NCBI GenBank assembly: GCA_037140955.1
Contig: JBAXDL010000004.1
Span: 15,268-79,267, forward strand
Reading direction: 5' to 3'
Source of the DNA: a bacterium
Lineage (GTDB): Bacteria; Patescibacteriota; Minisyncoccia; Moranbacterales; GWC2-37-73
Length of the DNA stretch: 64,000 bases
In this document: positions 49,229 to 58,332 of the stretch, one piece after another
Numbering within the stretch: the stretch's first letter is position 1
Layout of the letters: each line of letters opens with the position of its first letter
The notes under the pieces: generated by a model
The model's input: only the letters and a program-made list of their open reading frames with translations
Told to the model about the DNA's origin: nothing
The model's database searches: none
Translations under genes and position numbers: made by a program

Positions 49229-49945
49229 ATGGATTATAACATTAAATTGGAACAATTTGAAGGTCCATTGGACCTGCTTTTGCAGCTTACTCAGCAGGAA
49301 AAGCTTGATATTACTAGAGTGAGTTTGGCAAAAATAACAGATCAATATTTGGAATACATTGCTCAAGCTAAAAATATCACCCTGGCACATTTGGCTGATT
49401 TTCTGACAGTTGCTTCGAGACTTATTTTGATAAAATCAAAAGCTCTTTTGCCGATGCTGGAATTCACCGAGGAGGAAGAGGAGGAAATAAAGGATTTGGA
49501 GTATCAATTGGCTGAATACAAAAAATTTAAAGATGTGGCAGTGAAAATGGCGGAACTTTTTGATTCGTTGGATCATTCTTTTTCGCGCGATGGTTTTGTT
49601 GGCTTGCCAAATCTTTTTTATCCTCCAAAAAATATTACCAGTGAAGATTTGTTGAAATCTTTTTCAAAAATGCTTGGTGAAATTCCAGTGCAAGAAAAAT
49701 TAGAACAAGAAATGATTGAAAACGTTTTGACACTGGAAGACAAGATTTTGCATCTGCAGAAAACTTTGCGACGCAAAGTCGAAACATCTTTTTCAGAGTT
49801 GGTTTCTAATGCAAAGGACAAGGTTGAGATCGTGGTTTCATTTTTGGCAATGCTAGAATTGGTCAAGCAGAGAATTATTCATGTTGAACAAGGAGAACTG
49901 TTTTCAGAAATAAATTTAAAACATATAAGTGATAAAAAAGTATAA
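49229..49945 (+). CDS. scpA: Segregation/condensation protein A
   Basis: FEGPLDLLL, LIKSKALLP and FLAMLEL motifs. Confidence 0.93.
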   Translation: MDYNIKLEQFEGPLDLLLQLTQQEKLDITRVSLAKITDQYLEYIAQAKNITLAHLADFLTVASRLILIKSKALLPMLEFTEEEEEEIKDLEYQLAEYKKFKDVAVKMAELFDSLDHSFSRDGFVGLPNLFYPPKNITSEDLLKSFSKMLGEIPVQEKLEQEMIENVLTLEDKILHLQKTLRRKVETSFSELVSNAKDKVEIVVSFLAMLELVKQRIIHVEQGELFSEINLKHISDKKV

Positions 49946-49963
49946 AATTTGTAAAATAAATTT

Positions 49964-50512
49964 ATGGAAAAGGATAATTTAATTTCAGTTTTGGAAAGTT
50001 TGTTGTTTGTTACTGGAGAGCCAATCAAGAAGGCTAAGTTGCTTGGCATCTTGGGAATAGAGATGGAGCAATTGGATGAGGCTTTGCAAGCTTTGATGGA
50101 AAAATATAAAAATGCACAAAGTGGCATTACGCTTTTTTCAAAAGGTGAGGAAATTCAGCTTGTTTCAAGCCCTGAAAATGGTGAGTTTGTTGAGATTTTG
50201 CTGAAAAATGAAATGCAAGATGCGCTTTCTCCGGCTGCTATGGAAGTTGCTTCAATCATTGCATATCGTGGTCCAATCTCAAAAACTGAAATAGAAGCAA
50301 TACGCGGTGTTAATTGTGCATACACTTTGCGTAGCTTACTTTTGCGAGGATTGATTGAGAGAAATGACAATCCAGGTGACTCAAGAGGATATGTGTATGC
50401 CATTTCGTTTGATTTTTTGAAAAAACTTGGAGTTGAAAATGTGAATAATTTGCCAGAATATGATATACTTTCAAAAGATGAAAGGATTAATTCTATAATT
50501 TCAAAAGAATAA
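49964..50512 (+). CDS. scpB: SMC-Scp complex subunit ScpB
   Basis: ESLLF, IAYRGP and IRGVN motifs. Confidence 0.93.
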   Translation: MEKDNLISVLESLLFVTGEPIKKAKLLGILGIEMEQLDEALQALMEKYKNAQSGITLFSKGEEIQLVSSPENGEFVEILLKNEMQDALSPAAMEVASIIAYRGPISKTEIEAIRGVNCAYTLRSLLLRGLIERNDNPGDSRGYVYAISFDFLKKLGVENVNNLPEYDILSKDERINSIISKE

Positions 50513-51546
50513 TGGGAATAGTTGCAACAATTTTTATGATCGTTGTTTTTCCTTTTAATTCGCTTTTGGTTTTTCAACAAGGAATTAAAAATGAAACTCA
50601 AGTTAAGGCTGATTTTTCAGTGAAAGAAGAAAGCATCCAAGCGATTGCAATGAAGACCGAGGTTAAGAAGCCAATTGAAGCGCCAAAGCCAAAGGCGCAA
50701 GCTGTTGATTCTCCTCAATATCAGCCTGTTCGCAAAGATGGGGTAAAGGATTTGGTAATTCCAAATGCGCATGCTTCCGTGATTATTGATGCTGACACTG
50801 GAACAATTTTGCACTACAACAATGGGCGCACTCAACGTCAGATCGCATCGCTGACAAAATTGATGACTGCGATTTTGGTGATGGAAAATATTAAAAACTT
50901 GGATGAAGAAGTTACTATCGATGAAGAGCCGGTGTATGCAGATGGAACAAAGATTGGTTGTCCGAGAAGTGGATATTGCATTAGTCAGCGCCTTAAGATT
51001 GGTGAGAAAATCACCGTGCGCAGCTTGCTGCAGGCCATGCTGATGAATAGTGCCAATGATGCAGCTATTGCGCTTGGAAAGCATATGGCAAAAACTCAGG
51101 ACGGCTTTGCTGACGTTATGAACAAAAAAGCCACGGATCTTGGCTTGGTGGATACTCATTTTTGCACGCCGTCTGGACTCGAGCCTGATGGTCGAGAGTC
51201 AGAATGTTTTTCTTCAGCATATGACATTGCAAGAATTGGCGCATACTCATTGCGTTATGATACAATATGGAAAATAGCGCGTCAGCCGAATAATACTATT
51301 ATTAGCTCTGCAGACGGAAAAATTCAACACACTATTTTGAACACTGATCAGCTTCTCGATCAAATGCCAAACATGATTGGTTCTAAGACTGGATTCACTC
51401 CTTTGGCTGGATATTCTCTGCTTTTGGTTGCCGCTGACCCAACAACCAAGCATCGAGCAGTAGCAGTTTTGCTGGATGATTCAACTCGCTGGACTGACAT
51501 TAGAACTGCCATCGATTGGACATTCAAATCACATATTTGGAATTAA
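50512..51546 (+). CDS. D-Ala-D-Ala carboxypeptidase (peptidase S11)
   Basis: ASLTK, SAND and KTGFT motifs. Confidence 0.9.
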   Translation: MGIVATIFMIVVFPFNSLLVFQQGIKNETQVKADFSVKEESIQAIAMKTEVKKPIEAPKPKAQAVDSPQYQPVRKDGVKDLVIPNAHASVIIDADTGTILHYNNGRTQRQIASLTKLMTAILVMENIKNLDEEVTIDEEPVYADGTKIGCPRSGYCISQRLKIGEKITVRSLLQAMLMNSANDAAIALGKHMAKTQDGFADVMNKKATDLGLVDTHFCTPSGLEPDGRESECFSSAYDIARIGAYSLRYDTIWKIARQPNNTIISSADGKIQHTILNTDQLLDQMPNMIGSKTGFTPLAGYSLLLVAADPTTKHRAVAVLLDDSTRWTDIRTAIDWTFKSHIWN

Positions 51547-51565
51547 TAGTTAAGTATTATTTTTT

Positions 51566-52672
51566 ATGCAATTTGCTCAAATTCAAACCATTCCAGAAAT
51601 AGCAAATGTCTTGAAGGTTCTTATTACTGGAATTTTGGCTTTTGTGCTTGCTTTTGCAATCACTCCTCTGTGGACTCATTTGTTGTATAAATATAAATTT
51701 GGAATCAAAATAAAGAAAAATGATGTCAATGGTGAGAAACTGACGTTTGTTAGTCAATTGCATGCGCACAAATCAGGAACTCCGACCATGGGTGGTGTGA
51801 TTATGTGGGTCAGTATTTTAATTTTAGTTTTTTCTTCTCATTTTATTTTTCCATTTTTGGCGCAATACTTTGGTGTAAATTTTATTGCAAGATTGGATTT
51901 TTTGAGTCGTAAGCAAGTTTGGCTTCCTCTTTTTGCACTTGCTTCGGCTGGAGTTTTGGGGCTTTTTGATGATGTGATGAGTGTGCGTGGTTGGGGAAGC
52001 AATAAAGGAGGTGGAATGCGCTTTGCGATGCGCTTCGGCTGGCTTTTTGCGATTGCTGGTTTTGGCAGTTGGTGGTTTTTTAGTAAGCTTGGTTGGGATG
52101 TTTTGCATGTGCCAGCAGTGGGTGATATTACTATTGGTTTTTGGTATATTCCGCTTTTTATTTTCGTGATTCTGTTTTCAGCAATTTCATCTAATGAGAC
52201 AGATGGATTAGATGGGCTCAATGGAGGTGTTTTGCTTTTGGCATTTTTTTCTTTTGCTATCATTGCATTTTTTCAAAACAAAATTGATTTAAGTGCTTTT
52301 TGCAGTGCTATGGCTGGTGTTGTTACTGCTTTTTTGTGGTTCAATATTCCACCGGCGCGCTTTATGATGGGTGACACTGGAGCAATTTCACTTGGAACAA
52401 CTCTTGGTGTTGTGGCTATGCTTACAAATTCAGCCTTGGTTTTGTTTTTGATTGTTTTTGTTTATGTTTTGGAGTCAGGCAGTGTTGTTGTTCAGCTTAA
52501 TAGTAAGAAATTTTTTCATCGCAAGGTTTTTTTGGCAGCTCCTTTGCATCATCATTTTGAAGCTAAGGGTTGGTCTGAATGCAAGATTGTTATGCGCGCT
52601 TGGATTTTCACGATGATGACAGCACTTATTGGTGTGATGATTGCTATTTTTGGAATGGGTAATCATTTTTAA
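51566..52672 (+). CDS. mraY: Phospho-N-acetylmuramoyl-pentapeptide transferase
   Basis: KSGTPTMGG, DD, TDGLDGL, MGDTG and APLHHHFE motifs. Confidence 0.95.
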   Translation: MQFAQIQTIPEIANVLKVLITGILAFVLAFAITPLWTHLLYKYKFGIKIKKNDVNGEKLTFVSQLHAHKSGTPTMGGVIMWVSILILVFSSHFIFPFLAQYFGVNFIARLDFLSRKQVWLPLFALASAGVLGLFDDVMSVRGWGSNKGGGMRFAMRFGWLFAIAGFGSWWFFSKLGWDVLHVPAVGDITIGFWYIPLFIFVILFSAISSNETDGLDGLNGGVLLLAFFSFAIIAFFQNKIDLSAFCSAMAGVVTAFLWFNIPPARFMMGDTGAISLGTTLGVVAMLTNSALVLFLIVFVYVLESGSVVVQLNSKKFFHRKVFLAAPLHHHFEAKGWSECKIVMRAWIFTMMTALIGVMIAIFGMGNHF

Positions 52673-52697
52673 TATTGTCACACAAGAAGTATCTTAA

Positions 52698-52809
52698 AAT
52701 TCTTGACCACCTTTCTTTTTGTTACACTTTTGAATAAGTACTCATCATTCAAAAGCTCAATAAGCCGCTGTCGCCGGCTATTTACCAAAAAGTAAAGTGG
52801 TCAAGAGTT
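52698..52809 (+). ncRNA. Dispersed structured element, copy B (three-way junction)
   Basis: Outer stem TCTTGACCAC...GTGGTCAAGA; inner stems CTTTTGAAT/ATTCAAAAG and AGCCG/CGGCT. Confidence 0.55.
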
Positions 52810-52835
52810 TCCTAATTAAATTTAAATATAAAAAT

Positions 52836-53885
52836 ATGGAAATAAGAAAAATTCAAGAAGGTGTTTTTTTGAATAAGAAAGTTTTGGTTAGAGCTGATTT
52901 TAATGTGGCAATTGTTGATGGAAAAATAAAAGAAAGATTCAAGTTGGAAGCTTGCAAGAAAACTATTGAGCATTTGTCTCGTCAGGATGGTGCAAAAATT
53001 GCCCTGATTTCTCATCTTGGAAGACCGGAGGGTAAAGTTCTTGCTGAATTTTCATTGGAGCAAGTCAAGGGCGAACTCGAAAATATTTTGGGCAAAAAAA
53101 TAGTTTTTGTGAATGATTGTCTTGGCGCGGTTGTTGAAAAGGCATTGGCTGATTTGCAAGATGGTGAAATTATTTTATTGGAAAATGTTCGTTTTCATGA
53201 AGGTGATGAAAAAAATGATCCAGAGTTTGGAAAACAATTGGTTGAAAATTTTGATGTTTTTGTTAATGATGCTTTTAGTGTTTGTCATCGCAATCAAGCT
53301 TCTGTAACTGGCGTGGCTGCATATTTGCCTAGTTATGCTGGTGTTTGGCTGCAAGAAGAAATTAAAAATCTTAGTCGTGTTATGCATGAGCCTGAATATC
53401 CATCGACTGCTATTATTGGTGGGGCAAAGATAGAAACAAAATTGCCATTAATACAAAGTTTTGAAAAAGCATATACTCATATTCTTGTTGGAGGAAGAGT
53501 TGCAAATGAGGCAATTGATCAAAAAATAGAATTTTCACCAAAGGTTATTTTGCCAATTGATTTTGCCGAGGATCGCTTGGATATTGGTCCAAAAACAATT
53601 GAAAGATTTAAGGCTATTATTAATCAATCAAGAGTTATTGTTTGGAATGGGCCTATGGGTAAGTTTGAGCAGTCTCCTTATGACAAGGGAACAAGGGAAA
53701 TTTTGGATGTGGTGATTGATAGTGACGCCTTTACTTTGATTGGCGGTGGAGAATCCGTGCAGGTTCTGGAGGAGAATAATCTTATGGATAAGGTTTCATT
53801 TGTTTCAACTGGTGGAGGGGCGATGCTGGAATACTTGAGTGGCAATTTGATGCCAGGAATTGAAGCTCTTCGTGAAAAAAAATAG
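52836..53885 (+). CDS. pgk: Phosphoglycerate kinase
   Basis: RADFNV, SHLGRP, LENVRF, WNGPMG and STGGGA motifs. Confidence 0.95.
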   Translation: MEIRKIQEGVFLNKKVLVRADFNVAIVDGKIKERFKLEACKKTIEHLSRQDGAKIALISHLGRPEGKVLAEFSLEQVKGELENILGKKIVFVNDCLGAVVEKALADLQDGEIILLENVRFHEGDEKNDPEFGKQLVENFDVFVNDAFSVCHRNQASVTGVAAYLPSYAGVWLQEEIKNLSRVMHEPEYPSTAIIGGAKIETKLPLIQSFEKAYTHILVGGRVANEAIDQKIEFSPKVILPIDFAEDRLDIGPKTIERFKAIINQSRVIVWNGPMGKFEQSPYDKGTREILDVVIDSDAFTLIGGGESVQVLEENNLMDKVSFVSTGGGAMLEYLSGNLMPGIEALREKK

Positions 53886-53964
53886 TTTCTGAAAAATTGA
53901 TATTCGTGGTATACTAAATTAGTTGAAAGAATTTAAAATAAAAAATAAAATTTTAAAAGGTGAT

Positions 53965-54576
53965 ATGAATAGTCCGCAATTTAAGCTTGGAAATACAGCC
54001 ATCTTTAATCATAAAGTAACAATAGAAGAACTCACTACCATTAATCCTGTTTCCGTTGTTGGTTTATATACTTCTGAGGCATTGCTTTCTACTGGTGTGA
54101 TATTGATTTTGCTTAATAATTTCAATGTTATTTCGCCTGGAGATTATTTTGGGCAGGCTAATTGGGTTACGATGACAATTTTTACAATTGGTCTTTGTAT
54201 TAATTTTATTTCTATTCCATTTTTATATTTCTCAAGTTTTGCGAATTTTCGCAAAGAGTGTGACTTTTGGGACAAGGAAATTTTTTGGATTTTGCCTCTG
54301 TTTTTCTTTGGAACATATTTTTTGTATAATAGCTTTGTTCATTCTGCGCTATTGCTACTCTTTGTTTCTATTGTGTTTATTTCTTTGGTACACGTTTTTT
54401 CAATGCTAAAGGCGCAAAAAATAAGGAAAAAAGAATCGCAAGGTAGTCTCTCTAATAAGGCTAGCTACATGACCAGTCTTGGTTATCTTTCAATTTACTA
54501 CTTATTGTTTTTACTCCTAATGCTTGTTGTTGATCCGCTAAGAAAGATATATGAATTAATTAATCCAGCTTTATAA
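53965..54576 (+). CDS. Hypothetical multi-TM membrane protein
   Basis: About five hydrophobic segments; lies between pgk and eno. Confidence 0.65.
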   Translation: MNSPQFKLGNTAIFNHKVTIEELTTINPVSVVGLYTSEALLSTGVILILLNNFNVISPGDYFGQANWVTMTIFTIGLCINFISIPFLYFSSFANFRKECDFWDKEIFWILPLFFFGTYFLYNSFVHSALLLLFVSIVFISLVHVFSMLKAQKIRKKESQGSLSNKASYMTSLGYLSIYYLLFLLLMLVVDPLRKIYELINPAL

Positions 54577-54598
54577 TAAAAGTGTTTAATAAAAAAAT

Positions 54599-55894
54599 AT
54601 GTTAAAAATTATAGATATTATTGGAAGAGAGATTTTGGATTCAAGAGGAAATCCTACAGTTGAAGTCGAAGTTTTTTTGAGTGGTGGGCAAAGTGCTGTT
54701 GCTGCGGTTCCGTCTGGTGCTTCAACTGGGAAATTTGAAGCACTTGAACTTAGAGATGGGGATGATGCTCGCTATGGTGGTTTGGGGGTACTCAATGCTG
54801 TCAAAAATGTTAATACCTTGATCAAAGAAGCTTTGCTTGGAAAAGATGCTTCGCAGCAGTTGGTTATCGATGAAATAATGCTCGAACTTGATGGAAGTGA
54901 GAACAAATCACATCTTGGAGCTAATGCAATTTTGGGTGTTTCATTGGCAGTGTGTCGCGCTACAGCTAAGGCAAAAAAAATCCCTTTGTATGAATACATT
55001 AATGAAATAGCTGGTTTGAAGGTTAAGCCAAAGCTTCCAGTGCCAATGTTTAATGTTTTAAATGGTGGAATGCATAGTGATAGCGGTCTTAGTATTCAAG
55101 AGTTTAAACTTATTCCAACTGGTATCAAGACATTTGCTGAGCAACTACGAGCCGGCAGTGAAGTTTTTCATAGGCTTAAGAAAATAATTGAAGCAAGTAA
55201 TCACAGTAGTGGCGTTGGCGACGAAGGTGGATTTTCTCCAAAATTAGAAAGCAATACAAAGGCATTGGAACTTATCAATCAGGCATGTGTGGAAAGTGGT
55301 TACAAGCTCGGAACACAACTAAATCTTGGAATTGATGCTGCTGCTAGTAATTTTTTTGACGAAGATGATGGCCATTATTTGGTTAAGCCAGAGGGGGTTT
55401 CTCTTGAACGAGAACGCTTGATTAGCATGTACAAGGAGTGGATTGATAGATATCACGTTGTTTCTATTGAGGATGGATTGGCTGAAGATGATTGGGTTGG
55501 ATGGGCCATTATGACTCAAAAAATTACTGAAAAAAAGATTCTTGGCGGTATTGATAAAAATATTTTAAGTGAGAATATTTTGGTTGGCGATGATTTGCTG
55601 GTTACCAATCCAAAGCGTGTTGAACGTGCAATCAAGGAGAGGGCTTGCAATGCAGTGCTTATTAAGGTTAATCAGATTGGAAGTCTTTCTGAGACATTAG
55701 AATGTATTCGTTTGGCTAAGCAAAACAAAATGAAGGTTATGATTTCTCATCGAAGCGGTGAGACAACTGATGATTTTATTGCTGATTTGGCAGTTGGAAC
55801 AGCTTCGGAGTTTATTAAGTCTGGATCGCTATCTCGCGGAGAAAGGCTTTGCAAATACAATCGTTTGATGAAAATTGAACAAGAGCTGAAATAG
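54599..55894 (+). CDS. eno: Enolase
   Basis: DSRGNPTVE, PSGASTG, GDEGG, KVNQIG and SHRSGET motifs. Confidence 0.97.
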   Translation: MLKIIDIIGREILDSRGNPTVEVEVFLSGGQSAVAAVPSGASTGKFEALELRDGDDARYGGLGVLNAVKNVNTLIKEALLGKDASQQLVIDEIMLELDGSENKSHLGANAILGVSLAVCRATAKAKKIPLYEYINEIAGLKVKPKLPVPMFNVLNGGMHSDSGLSIQEFKLIPTGIKTFAEQLRAGSEVFHRLKKIIEASNHSSGVGDEGGFSPKLESNTKALELINQACVESGYKLGTQLNLGIDAAASNFFDEDDGHYLVKPEGVSLERERLISMYKEWIDRYHVVSIEDGLAEDDWVGWAIMTQKITEKKILGGIDKNILSENILVGDDLLVTNPKRVERAIKERACNAVLIKVNQIGSLSETLECIRLAKQNKMKVMISHRSGETTDDFIADLAVGTASEFIKSGSLSRGERLCKYNRLMKIEQELK

Positions 55895-55939
55895 TTTCGG
55901 AAAAAGCAAACAAAAATAAAAAATAAGGTTTAATTTAAA

Positions 55940-56962
55940 ATGGCAAAAATTCTTACAATCGGTTCTGTTTGCAAGGATATGTTTTTTCCAACAGGAGAAG
56001 GCATTATTGTTGAAACCCCTGATGATATCAATGCTCAAAGAAAAATATCTTTTGAGCTTGGGGCAAAATATCACATAGACGAGCGTCACGAAGCATTGGG
56101 TGGAATTTCAGCTAATGTTGCAGTTGGTCTTGTTAAGCTTGGTCACCACGTAACTATATATGCAAAAATAGGTGATGATGAGACTGGAAAATGGATCATC
56201 AAGCAGCTAAAGAGTATTGGGGTTTTGGTTGTTGCTGATTTTATTGAATCTGATTGTCAAAGCGACCTGTCTTCAATTTTGATTGACACAGTCACTGCCG
56301 ATCGCGTTATTTTTTCCAATCAAATTGCCAATCAAAAATTGATCATTGAAAAAGAAAAAATGGGTCATCCAGATTGGATTTTTATTGGTGACCTAAGCGG
56401 GGCTTGGCAAAAAAATATCGACACCATTGTTGATTTTGCGAAGAAGTATGACACACCAATAGTTTTTAATCCAAGGCAAAAAACAATTCATGACGATGTT
56501 GCAAAAATAATACAAACAATTTCTGTTTGTGAAATTTTGTCAGTCAATAAGGATGAAGCAATTGAGATAGTCCATGGATATAAAAAAGACGTTTTGCTCC
56601 AGCTGTTAAATGAGGAAGAATACTTGCTTGAGAGTTTACATGAAATTGGGGCAAAGATTGTTGTTTTGACTGATGGTGTGCGTGGTGCTTGGGGTTATGA
56701 TGGAATCACTATAAAACATGTTGCTGGTAAAAAACAACAGGCAGTTGACACAACTGGCGCAGGTGATGCTTTTACGAGTGGTTTTTTTGCTGCGCATTTG
56801 AATCATGAGAATATGGAAATAGCTCTTAAATGGGGCATTGAAAATAGCAGTAATTCTATCACTAAATATGGTGGTCAGGATGGTCTTTTGGATGAAAATC
56901 AGATGAAGTCTTTGATCAAAAAAAATGATTTAAAATTTGGATTTGATAATAAAATTTCATAA
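55940..56962 (+). CDS. PfkB-family carbohydrate kinase
   Basis: GG..ANVA, N-x-x-EA and DTTGAGDAF motifs. Confidence 0.9.
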   Translation: MAKILTIGSVCKDMFFPTGEGIIVETPDDINAQRKISFELGAKYHIDERHEALGGISANVAVGLVKLGHHVTIYAKIGDDETGKWIIKQLKSIGVLVVADFIESDCQSDLSSILIDTVTADRVIFSNQIANQKLIIEKEKMGHPDWIFIGDLSGAWQKNIDTIVDFAKKYDTPIVFNPRQKTIHDDVAKIIQTISVCEILSVNKDEAIEIVHGYKKDVLLQLLNEEEYLLESLHEIGAKIVVLTDGVRGAWGYDGITIKHVAGKKQQAVDTTGAGDAFTSGFFAAHLNHENMEIALKWGIENSSNSITKYGGQDGLLDENQMKSLIKKNDLKFGFDNKIS

Positions 56963-56964
56963 AA

Positions 56965-58224
56965 ATGTCTATTTTTTCTAAAATATTTTCAAGAAATAGC
57001 TCCGAATATTATTTGGCGCTTGATATTGGGACGGAAGTTGCCAAGGCACTTGTTTTTCAAATTGATGCCGAAACGAAAACTGGCCACATTGTTGGTGTTG
57101 GAAAAGAAAGGCAAAAAAGAGGGAACATGCAAAGTGGTGCAGTGTCTGATATTTCTGGTGTTATTGATACTTGCAAAATTTCAATTAGTAATGCACTGGA
57201 GGATGCTAAAATAAAAAAGGTAAAGAAAGCGATTGTTGGCATTGCTGGAGAACTCGTGAAGGGAACAACCACAACAGTTCATTATGAACGTGGAAATCCA
57301 GACGGTAGGATTGATTTTGCTGAACTTAAAAATATTATTGCAAAAGTTCAAACTAAGGCATATGAAAGAATTCAGGAGCAAATAGCCTGGGAAACAGGAC
57401 AAGATATTGAGGTGAAATTGATCAATGCTGCTATTGTTGACGTTAGAATCGATGGATATCAAGTAACAAATCCAGTTGGTTTTCAGGGGAGAGACGTTTC
57501 TGTTGGAATCTTTAATGCCTATGCTCCGATGATTCATCTTGGCGCGCTGCAGACTATTGCTGATGAATTAAATATTGACTTGCTGAGTATTGCGGCAGAG
57601 CCGTATGCAGTTGCCAGGAGTATTGACTATGATGATGCGATTGATTTTAGTGCTATTTTTATTGATATCGGTGGTGGTACAACTGACATTGCTGTTGTTA
57701 GAAATGGCGGTCTTGAAGGGACAAAGATGTTTGCTTTTGGTGGCAGGGCTTTCACAAAAAAATTAGCACAAGAGCTGCGCATCGAACTTGAAGAGGCTGA
57801 AGAACTGAAAATAGAATATGCTGAAGGGAAATTGGATGAAAATATCAGTATGAAAGTTGAACAGATTTTGCAAAATGATGTGGCAATTTGGCTTAGTGGT
57901 GTGGAGCTTTCACTAGCTGAATTTGCAGGAAGTGATGTTTTGCCTTCAAAAATTTTGCTTTGTGGTGGAGGTAGTGGTCTTCCTGGGATTAAGAAAATAT
58001 TACTTGATACTGAGTGGTCAGCTGGTTTGCCATTTTCAAAAAGGCCGAGTGTTAATTATTTGCAACCAAGGGATGTTGTTCGTATGGTTGATCAAACTGG
58101 GAAACTGAATAATCCACAAGATGTCACACCTATGGGATTGGCAAATTTGGTGCTTGATGTGACTGGCGAGGAGAAGGTTATGGCTGGGATCCTGAGAAGA
58201 GTTTTGCAGACAATGCAAGATTAA
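56965..58224 (+). CDS. FtsA-like actin-family ATPase
   Basis: ALDIGT, IDIGGGTT, AEELK and CGGGS motifs. Confidence 0.8.
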   Translation: MSIFSKIFSRNSSEYYLALDIGTEVAKALVFQIDAETKTGHIVGVGKERQKRGNMQSGAVSDISGVIDTCKISISNALEDAKIKKVKKAIVGIAGELVKGTTTTVHYERGNPDGRIDFAELKNIIAKVQTKAYERIQEQIAWETGQDIEVKLINAAIVDVRIDGYQVTNPVGFQGRDVSVGIFNAYAPMIHLGALQTIADELNIDLLSIAAEPYAVARSIDYDDAIDFSAIFIDIGGGTTDIAVVRNGGLEGTKMFAFGGRAFTKKLAQELRIELEEAEELKIEYAEGKLDENISMKVEQILQNDVAIWLSGVELSLAEFAGSDVLPSKILLCGGGSGLPGIKKILLDTEWSAGLPFSKRPSVNYLQPRDVVRMVDQTGKLNNPQDVTPMGLANLVLDVTGEEKVMAGILRRVLQTMQD

Positions 58225-58332
58225 TATAAAATAATTTTAAATTATAAATTTCAAATTAAATCCTGATTTTTAAATTAAATAATAATTAAGTGCAATTTTT
58301 AATTTTATTTGATATTTGGATTTTAAGCTAGT

